DNA from: Mucisphaera calidilacus
Lineage (GTDB): Bacteria; Planctomycetota; Phycisphaerae; Phycisphaerales; Phycisphaeraceae
Direction of reading: 5' to 3'
DNA length: 32,000 bases
Assembly: GCF_007748075.1 (NCBI RefSeq)
Contig: NZ_CP036280.1
Coordinates: 2,130,001-2,162,000, forward strand
Shown: positions 8,309 to 15,178 of the stretch, one piece after another
Numbering within the stretch: position 1 is the stretch's first letter
Layout: each line of letters begins with the position of its first letter
Position numbers and translations under genes: made by a program
Notes under the pieces: model-generated
The model's database searches: none
The model's input: only the letters and a program-made list of their open reading frames with translations
What the model was told of the DNA's origin: nothing

Positions 8309-8311
8309 CAC

Positions 8312-8340
8312 AAAAAAGAGCCGCCCGAAAAACGGACGGC
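8312..8340 (-). terminator. Rho-independent terminator for the small minus-strand gene, sited between convergent genes
   Basis: On the minus strand the sequence reads GCCGTCCG-TTTTT-CGGGCGGC (8-bp stem with one mismatch) followed by TCTTTTTTG. Confidence 0.55.
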
Positions 8341-8367
8341 CCCGTGTGAGATGACATGAGATGGGGC

Positions 8368-8559
8368 TTATGCCGAGGCCGCCTCGAACTCGCTGCAGCC
8401 GCTTATCGGCGTGACGATCAGATTCAGCGGAACGTTCTTGGGATGGCTGCACTCCTCGGTCACCTCAGGCGATGCCTGGTGCGTTTTGAGGATCTGCTCA
8501 ACCTGATGGATCTCGAAGTGCTTGCAAAGCCCACACTGACCTTCATTGACCTGTGCCAT
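8368..8559 (-). CDS. Small hypothetical Cys-containing protein (63 aa)
   Basis: This is ORF 8368..8607. I prefer the start at MAQVNEGQCGLCKHF (8559), which is preceded by GAAAGGAAAGATC (a purine-rich ribosome-binding site). There are four Cys residues, including a CxxC pair. Its own terminator lies downstream. GC3 is lower than in neighbouring genes. Confidence 0.5.
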   Translation of the reverse strand: MAQVNEGQCGLCKHFEIHQVEQILKTHQASPEVTEECSHPKNVPLNLIVTPISGCSEFEAASA

Positions 8560-8825
8560 GATCTTTCCTTTCAGTTCCTGGGAACAACAGCCATCATCGT
8601 CCAACACTACGCAGCATCAACCCCTTTGTTCACATGTATTTACAGATGATACTGAGTCTCTGGATCAGCCTGCCGCCCATCGCCCTCCAAGTCCCCGCAG
8701 CGGGGATCAGCAGACTTTATGCTGACAAGGTGTGTTCATCCGGCTTCGCCACAGCCACCATCCATCGACAGAAATACGGAACAGACACCTTTCCAGATCC
8801 GTTTTTGTTCGTATGATTTTAGGGT

Positions 8826-10067
8826 ATGGCCGACGACTTCTGCCGCTACCTCTACGTCGATATCAACGGCTACTTCGCCTCCGTCGAGCAGCAGATGCGT
8901 CCCGAACTGCGCGGCCGACCCGTCGCCGTCGTCCCCGTCAACACCGAGGCCACCTGCTGCATCGCCAGCAGCTACGAGGCCAAGGCCTTTGGCGTCAAGA
9001 CCGGGACGATGGTCCCCGAGGCCAGACGGCGTTGCCCCGACATCACCTTCGTCCTCGCGCGCCACGAGCTCTACGTCCGCGTCCACCACGCCATCATCGA
9101 AGCCGTCGAACGCTGCGTGCACGTCGATCAGGTCTGCTCCATCGACGAGATGTGCGCCCGGCTCATGCGCAACGAACGCGCCCACGAGCAGGCACACGCC
9201 ATCGCCGTCGCCGTCAAGCAGGCCATCCGCGAGGACGTCGGCCCGCACGTGCGCTGCTCCGTCGGCGTCGGGCCCAACCCGTGGCTCGCCAAGGTCGCCA
9301 CCGACCTCGAAAAACCCGACGGGCTCGTCGTCCTCCGCCCGACCGACGTCCCCCACCGGCTCTACGAGCTCGAACTCGACGACCTGCCCGGCATCGGGCG
9401 ACGCATGAACGCACGCCTCGCACGCGTCGGCGTCACCACCGTCGAACAACTCTGCGCCCTCACTGAACCCGCACTCCAGACCGTCTGGGGCAGCCGTGTC
9501 CTCGGGTCCGTCTGGTACCACCAGCTCCGCGGCGAACAGATCGATGACCGCCCCACTCAGCGGCGAACCGTCGGGCACTCCCACGTCCTCGCGCCGGAGT
9601 ATCGAACCCAGGACAAGGCACGCAACGTCATGGCCCACATGATCCACAAGGCCTGCCGACGCCTGCGACGACTCGGCTACCACGCCGGCCGCATGATCCT
9701 CGCCATCCGCTACGTCGACGGCACACGCTGGCACGCCGACGTCCCCCTGCCCGCCATCCGCGACACCGTCACCATGGTGCGCGCCTGCGTCGCCGCCTGG
9801 CCGAAGCAGGGCAGCTCCGCACCCATGAAAGTCTCGGTCACCCTTACCAGCCTCACGCCCGACGCCGCCACACCCGAATCGCTCTTCCCCGAGCAGCGCG
9901 AACTCGACAACCTCGCCAACGCCATGGACCGCATCGAACAGCGTTTCGGCAACAACGCCGTCTTCCCCGGCGAGATGCTCGGCGCCAACGACAGCGCGCC
10001 CCTGCGCATCGCGTTCACTCAGATCCCCGACCTCATCGACTGCGAAGAGTCTCCCGAAGACGTATAA
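8826..10067 (+). CDS. Y-family DNA polymerase (DinB/UmuC-like translesion polymerase)
   Basis: YLYVDINGYFASVEQ contains the catalytic Asp and the aromatic steric-gate position. ASSYEAKAFGVKTGT matches the family. CSIDEMCARL carries the catalytic D-E pair. Length is 413 aa. Confidence 0.85.
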   Translation: MADDFCRYLYVDINGYFASVEQQMRPELRGRPVAVVPVNTEATCCIASSYEAKAFGVKTGTMVPEARRRCPDITFVLARHELYVRVHHAIIEAVERCVHVDQVCSIDEMCARLMRNERAHEQAHAIAVAVKQAIREDVGPHVRCSVGVGPNPWLAKVATDLEKPDGLVVLRPTDVPHRLYELELDDLPGIGRRMNARLARVGVTTVEQLCALTEPALQTVWGSRVLGSVWYHQLRGEQIDDRPTQRRTVGHSHVLAPEYRTQDKARNVMAHMIHKACRRLRRLGYHAGRMILAIRYVDGTRWHADVPLPAIRDTVTMVRACVAAWPKQGSSAPMKVSVTLTSLTPDAATPESLFPEQRELDNLANAMDRIEQRFGNNAVFPGEMLGANDSAPLRIAFTQIPDLIDCEESPEDV

Positions 10068-10331
10068 ACAACGCGCAGACCTGTCGATAGAACCGCCACC
10101 CGACGACGGGACTACGTTCACGCAACCCAACGCGCCATTTCACGTTTCGATGACCTGCGCTCAAAGTAATATTTCCGCGTTTCTATAGCGATTTCTCACG
10201 TATTACGCATACTCATCTAGCTGTCTTCTAAAACTTGGTATCTATCCTTCTCATTCTACATCCCACCTTGGTATTGATATGAATGACATTCGTATTCATA
10301 CCATTTCCCCCTAACCGGAGGTATCGAGATT

Positions 10332-11378
10332 ATGTCTTCGTCCAAGCTATCCTGCGCTCTCATCGCAGCCTGTGTCAGCAGCCTCGCCGCCACAGACACA
10401 GCCAGCGCCGAGGCCTTCTCCCTCGTCGCCCTGCCCGACACCCAGTTCTACAGCCGCTACCGGCCTGCGTCCCAATACCTCAATTTCGAGAACCCTTACC
10501 TCACGCAGATGAACTGGCTCGTCGACAACGCGGCGGCACGGAACATCGCCTTCACCATCCACCTCGGCGACGTGGTCGACCAGTCGTGGGTAGAGGAAGA
10601 ATGGGTCTTCGCCGACCAGATGCACCAGATCCTCGACGACGCCGACATCAACTACGGCGTTGCACGCGGCAACCACGACCTCTACGGCGACAGCTTCGTC
10701 ACCCACTTCGGCCCCCACCGCTTCGCGGACATGCCCACCTATCAGGGCTCCGACCCCAGCGGCATCAACAGCTACCACGTCTTCGAGGGCGGCGGTCGCG
10801 AGTTCCTCGTCCTCTTTACCGACTGGCGCAACAGCGCCGAGGAGATCGCCTGGTTCCAGAGCGTCCTCGACGCCAACCCCGACAAGCCCACCATCCTCGT
10901 CTCCCACGAGATCCTCGGCCCCAACCACGCCAACCCCGATCAGCCCAATGTCTCGGGCAACGGCCAGCTTCTCTGGGACGAGATCATCGCCGACAACGAC
11001 CAGATCTTCATGACCCTCAACGGCCACAACCAGGGCAACGCCAAGCAGGTCGTGCTCAACAACCATGGCAACGAGGTCATCCAGATCCTCGCCGACTACC
11101 AGTTCAACCCCTTCAACGGCACCGGCTACCTCCTCGAACTCACCTTCGACGACGAGGCCAACACCATCGAGGCCAACACCTTCTCGCCCTGGATCACCGC
11201 CGCCAACGAGGCCGGCATCGTGATCCCGCCCTTCTTCAACGTGCCCGAGGAACTCACCGACCCCGCCGCCAGGTTCGTCTACGAGGTCAACTTTGACGAG
11301 CGCTTCGGCGTCGTCCCCGAACCCGCCAGCCTCGCGCTGCTGACGCTCGGCGCCCTCGGCACCCTGCGTCGCCGCTGA
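10332..11378 (+). CDS. Secreted calcineurin-like metallophosphoesterase with PEP-CTERM tail
   Basis: A GGAGG ribosome-binding site lies at 10316-10320. The signal peptide is MSSSKLSCALIAACVSSLAATDTASA. The motifs LPDTQF, HLGDVVD, RGNHD, SHE and LNGHNQ match a metallophosphoesterase metal-site pattern. The tail is VPEPASLALLTLGALGTLRRR. Confidence 0.85.
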   Translation: MSSSKLSCALIAACVSSLAATDTASAEAFSLVALPDTQFYSRYRPASQYLNFENPYLTQMNWLVDNAAARNIAFTIHLGDVVDQSWVEEEWVFADQMHQILDDADINYGVARGNHDLYGDSFVTHFGPHRFADMPTYQGSDPSGINSYHVFEGGGREFLVLFTDWRNSAEEIAWFQSVLDANPDKPTILVSHEILGPNHANPDQPNVSGNGQLLWDEIIADNDQIFMTLNGHNQGNAKQVVLNNHGNEVIQILADYQFNPFNGTGYLLELTFDDEANTIEANTFSPWITAANEAGIVIPPFFNVPEELTDPAARFVYEVNFDERFGVVPEPASLALLTLGALGTLRRR

Positions 11379-11481
11379 TCCCACCTTCTGACGGAGCGAG
11401 TTCCGTAACACGCCTCCGTTGTTCTCTCTCGAACCCGACCCAACCACGGTCAACACGACCATTACCCCAAGGAGATTTGTT

Positions 11482-12369
11482 ATGTCCATCCGTACCACCG
11501 CCCTCGCGGCTTCCGCACTCACCCTGATCGCCGGCGTCGCCCAGGCCGACGTCGTCGCCCACTGGACCTTCGACAGCGAAGCCGACTTCCTCGCCGGCAT
11601 GGTCAAGGATGTCACCGGCAACGGCAACGACCTCTATATCAAGGACGGCGGCACCGTCACCCCCGAGTTCGCGGCTCAGTTCAGCAGCGACTCCTTCAAC
11701 ACCCCCTATGTCAACAACGGCTCGGTCAAGTTCAACGGCGGCCGTGACGCCTCCAACAGCCAGGCCGGCCAGTTCTTCCAGACCATGGTCGACGCCCCCG
11801 TCAACGCCATGACCTTCGATGACGGTTACACCGTCGAGATCATGTTCAAGCTCGAGGACGTCTACGACTCCAGCGTCAACCGCTGGATGGGCATGCTCAG
11901 CCGCACCGAGAAGCCCAACGGCGACTCCCCCGCCACCTTCGCGATCTCCAACCTCGGCGAGGTCCAGTGGCAGACCCAGGACGCCGACCGCGAGGTCGAA
12001 CGCGCCGTCTGGTCGCCCGTCCTCTTCACCCCCGGCCAGCCGAACACTCTCGACTTCATCCACGTCGCCGCCGTCAACTACGAAGACGCTGCCGGCTGGC
12101 ACGTCGACATGTACATCAACGGCTTCCTCGGTTCGCGCAACATCATCAACCCCGATCACAACGGCCTCGCCGCCTACCCCGATGGCCTGACCAACGTCGG
12201 CGCCAACATGTGGAACAACGGCATCGGTAACTACTTCAACGGCTGGATCGACGACATCAAGATCACCGACACCGCCATCGCCCCCAGCCGGTTCTCCTAC
12301 CTCCCCGAGCCCGCTTCCTTCAGCCTGATCGCCCTCGGCCTCGCCGGCCTCACCCGCCGCAAGGGCTGA
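11482..12369 (+). CDS. Secreted LamG/concanavalin-like domain protein with PEP-CTERM tail
   Basis: I prefer the start at MSIRTTALAASALTLIAGVAQA (11482), after the ribosome-binding site AAGGAG. HWTFDSE...DVTGNGNDL is a LamG_3-like opening, and GWIDDIKI follows later. The tail is LPEPASFSLIALGLAGLTRRKG. Confidence 0.8.
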   Translation: MSIRTTALAASALTLIAGVAQADVVAHWTFDSEADFLAGMVKDVTGNGNDLYIKDGGTVTPEFAAQFSSDSFNTPYVNNGSVKFNGGRDASNSQAGQFFQTMVDAPVNAMTFDDGYTVEIMFKLEDVYDSSVNRWMGMLSRTEKPNGDSPATFAISNLGEVQWQTQDADREVERAVWSPVLFTPGQPNTLDFIHVAAVNYEDAAGWHVDMYINGFLGSRNIINPDHNGLAAYPDGLTNVGANMWNNGIGNYFNGWIDDIKITDTAIAPSRFSYLPEPASFSLIALGLAGLTRRKG

Positions 12370-12399
12370 GCCCCCACAACCCAGGATCCTCCAGAACGA

Positions 12400-12436
12400 C
12401 CCCGGCTGCGCATCGCCGCGATGCGCCCGGGGTTTT
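12400..12436 (+). terminator. Rho-independent terminator after the LamG gene
   Basis: The sequence is CCCCGG(CT)GCGCATCG-CCG-CGATGCGCCCGGGG followed by TTTT. Confidence 0.6.
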
Positions 12437-12599
12437 CGCTGCGCCCGTGTAACTGCCGCGGACGAGCGAACAGGCTCCCAGACCGATCCTGATAGATTGA
12501 TGCCGGTAACGATCATCGCCGATGGGATTCAAGCACGTTTCCCGATAGGACTGATCACGGGAAGACCTACCACCATCAGCAGAGCAGGGTACGGCCTGG

Positions 12600-13982
12600 A
12601 TGCTCTTCAACTCCGTTGACTACCTGATCTATCTGCCGCTGGTCTGCTGGGTCTATTACGCCCTGCCGCGCAGCGGCCGCAGCCTCTTCCTGATCGGGAT
12701 GAGCTACCTTTTCTACTGGTGGTGGAGCATCCCCCTCTCGTTGCTACTCGTCTTCTCGACCGTCGTCGATTACTCCGCCGCCCTCATCATCGACAACGCC
12801 CGGCACACGCTCACGAGGCGACTCGCCCTGCTCGCCTCACTCACCGCGAATCTGGGCATGCTCGCCCTGTTCAAGTATGCCGATTTCTTCGTCACGTCCG
12901 TTAACACCGCTCTCGACCAGAGCCTTCTGCCCACGCTCAATCTTGTCCTGCCCCTTGGCATCAGCTTCTACACCTTCCAGACCATGAGTTACACCATCGA
13001 CGTCTTCCGCGGTCAGTTGCGTGCCTCGCGCAATCCGCTCGACGTTGCGCTCTACGTCTGCTTCTTCCCCCAACTCGTCGCCGGGCCGATCGTCCGTGCC
13101 GACACGCTCATCCCCCAGTTCCGAAAGCACCCCGAGGCCGACTGGCAGCAGGTGCGCTCGGGCATCGCTCAGATCCTCTGGGGGTTGGCCAAGAAGGTCT
13201 ACATCGCCGACAGCATGGCACACGTTGCCAACGAGGCCTACAGCAATCCCGGACAGATGTCCGGGCTGGCTCTTGTCTTCGCCACCTACGCCTTCGCCGT
13301 CCAGATCTACTGCGACTTCTCCGGGTACAGCGACATCGCCATCGGCTCCGCACGCATTCTCGGCTTCGAACTGCCCGTCAACTTCCGTTCCCCCTACCTC
13401 GCCTGCTCCATCCGGGAGTTCTGGCGTCGCTGGCACATCTCCCTCTCCACCTGGCTCCGCGATTACCTCTATATCCCGCTCGGCGGCAACCGAGGCACCC
13501 TGCTCCGGACCCAGGTCAACATCATGATCACCATGCTCCTCGGCGGCCTCTGGCACGGTGCCGGCTGGAACTGGGTCGTGTGGGGTGGGCTCCAGGGGCT
13601 CTTTATGATCGCGGAGCGTCTCTCGGGCATGAGCGAACAGCACCCGCCGCAGCTTTTCTGGAAACTGACACGCTGGCTCGTGACCTTCCACCTCGTCTGC
13701 GTCTCCTGGGTTCTCTTCCGAGCCGCCAATCTTGACGACGCCCTCGTCGTCTTCGAGCGCATCGCCACCCTGGCCGACGGACTCAGCTTCGACCTCACCC
13801 GGCCCGCGGCGGCGCTTGCCATCCTGCTCCTGGCCGAGTTGATCGACGTCCGCAGGCACGTCACCGGCTGGATCCAGCGGTCGCCTACCACCTGCCTGTG
13901 GGTCACGCTCGCCGCCATCCTCATCCTGATCCTCACCTACAAGGACGCTACGAACCCCGAGTTCATCTACTTCCAGTTCTGA
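12600..13982 (+). CDS. MBOAT-family membrane O-acyltransferase (AlgI/DltB/PatA-like)
   Basis: The protein is 460 aa and polytopic. It contains FYTFQTMSYTIDV, and FWRRWHISLSTWLRDYLYIPLGGNR holds the conserved MBOAT His. Confidence 0.9.
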   Translation: MLFNSVDYLIYLPLVCWVYYALPRSGRSLFLIGMSYLFYWWWSIPLSLLLVFSTVVDYSAALIIDNARHTLTRRLALLASLTANLGMLALFKYADFFVTSVNTALDQSLLPTLNLVLPLGISFYTFQTMSYTIDVFRGQLRASRNPLDVALYVCFFPQLVAGPIVRADTLIPQFRKHPEADWQQVRSGIAQILWGLAKKVYIADSMAHVANEAYSNPGQMSGLALVFATYAFAVQIYCDFSGYSDIAIGSARILGFELPVNFRSPYLACSIREFWRRWHISLSTWLRDYLYIPLGGNRGTLLRTQVNIMITMLLGGLWHGAGWNWVVWGGLQGLFMIAERLSGMSEQHPPQLFWKLTRWLVTFHLVCVSWVLFRAANLDDALVVFERIATLADGLSFDLTRPAAALAILLLAELIDVRRHVTGWIQRSPTTCLWVTLAAILILILTYKDATNPEFIYFQF

Positions 13983-13984
13983 TC

Positions 13985-15178
13985 ATGAAACGCATGCTCA
14001 CACCGGCATTGAAACTCCTCTGGCAGCAGCGCATCGCGCTGATCACCGCCCTGCTGCTGCTGCTCGTTGGGGAATTGACCCTTCGAACCCTCGCCCCGGA
14101 GTACACCAACCGGGTCTACGACGCCTACTACACCGGCGGACACCCCATCAACACCTCTGCCGACGACACGCGCGGACGCCCGCTCGATGAATCAGCACGC
14201 AATGCAAACGTGCGCATCCTCGCGCTGGGCGATTCCGTCTCCTTCGGCACCGGTGTCGCCGAAAGCGATACCTGGCCACGACAACTCGAAGCCCGCCTCG
14301 AAAACCGTGCCGTCGACGCCGCCGTCCTCAACACCAGCCGCCCCGGGCTCGACCTCGATCAGGCACGCCTGCTCCTCGAAGATCGCTTCACCGAGTACCG
14401 GCCCACTCACGTCGCCGTCGTGGTCTCGGGAAACATGGTGTCACTCGCGTGGATCCGCCAGCACGACGAACCCCGCCTGCCCGACGTTCAGCCCCAACGA
14501 ACCGCCCCCGACGCCTCACTCAAGAGCCGGCTCAGGCGTGCCTACCACCAGTTCGCGCTGCCCGGTTTCTTGACGATCAACATCGAACGCTTCACCTACG
14601 CCATCGGCCTCCGCGTCCACAACGTTGACCCCCAAGCCCCCTTCGGATCGCTACTCGCCTACGGCTACCGGCAGAACGACCTCGACCCCGGGACACCCGC
14701 CGAGGCATGGTCCCTCCTCGCCGCGCAGATTGACCGCCTGAACCGGTCCTGCAACCGCATCGGGGCAAAGCTCCTGCTCGCCTACGCACCCAGCGAGTTT
14801 GCCCTGAATGAGAACTGGATCAACAACCTCAAATCCGTGCCGCGTGCGCGACTGACGCTCGATCCCGAGGAACAACTGAGTCTCTCGGCCGCCAGGATCG
14901 ATCCGTCCGTCACCTTCATCCCGCTCCACCAAGCGCTGGCCGATGCCGCCCACAAGGATGGTCTCTACATCCTCAACGACTACACGCACTTCAATCCTCG
15001 GGGCCACAGCGTGATCGCCGAGAGGTTCTCAGAGCATTTTGGCGCATCAACGCAACCCCTCACCGCCGACGCATCACACCGCCGATCACAGCCAGCCCCA
15101 GCAGGCCAGCCGGCTCGGGCACAGTCGTCTGACCGAAGTGACTCGCCAGGATCGACAGGTCCAGCAGGTCGACGCTGA
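13985..15178 (+). CDS. Membrane-anchored SGNH/GDSL-family hydrolase (acetyltransferase/esterase partner of the MBOAT)
   Basis: The ATG at 13985 lies 2 nt after the MBOAT stop and begins MKRMLTPALKLLWQQRIALITALLLLLVG (a TM anchor). ILALGDSVSFGTG is the GDS block I. DYTHFNPRGH is the DxxH block V. The last ~40 codons overlap the convergent gene. Confidence 0.8.
   Translation: MKRMLTPALKLLWQQRIALITALLLLLVGELTLRTLAPEYTNRVYDAYYTGGHPINTSADDTRGRPLDESARNANVRILALGDSVSFGTGVAESDTWPRQLEARLENRAVDAAVLNTSRPGLDLDQARLLLEDRFTEYRPTHVAVVVSGNMVSLAWIRQHDEPRLPDVQPQRTAPDASLKSRLRRAYHQFALPGFLTINIERFTYAIGLRVHNVDPQAPFGSLLAYGYRQNDLDPGTPAEAWSLLAAQIDRLNRSCNRIGAKLLLAYAPSEFALNENWINNLKSVPRARLTLDPEEQLSLSAARIDPSVTFIPLHQALADAAHKDGLYILNDYTHFNPRGHSVIAERFSEHFGASTQPLTADASHRRSQPAPAGQPARAQSSDRSDSPGSTGPAGRR

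Noticed and set aside
8381-8395. A 9-nt match (CTCGAACTC) to the tRNA-Ala T-arm/3' region, considered as a possible attR/attL remnant delimiting an island from 8.4 to 16.8 kb.
   Set aside because: A match this short is expected by chance in 32 kb. It lies inside the coding sequence of the small ORF, and no integrase is present.
8779-8810. The inverted repeat GAACA-N22-TGTTC upstream of the Y-family polymerase, considered as a LexA/SOS box.
   Set aside because: The half-site spacing does not match any LexA motif I know (GAAC-N4-GTTC, CTGT-N8-ACAG or TGTTC-N4-GAACA types). It is kept only as a note within the polymerase finding.
8634-8816. A 60-aa ORF (MYLQMILSLWISLPP...) in the spacer upstream of the Y-family polymerase.
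   Set aside because: Many of its codons end in A or T, unlike every confident gene here. It has no ribosome-binding site and no recognisable motif. It more likely lies within the promoter or leader region.
12448-12453. An isolated TGTAAC upstream of the MBOAT gene, and GTAACA at 11405-11410 upstream of the LamG gene, considered as an extension of the LacI regulon.
   Set aside because: Single hexamer hits are expected by chance several times in this window. Only the five-copy cluster at 3079-3222 is statistically striking.
13898-13984. An upstream extension of the SGNH ORF (MGHARRHPHPDPHLQ...).
   Set aside because: It overlaps the MBOAT C-terminus. The ATG at 13985 immediately precedes a proper TM anchor and fits translational coupling.
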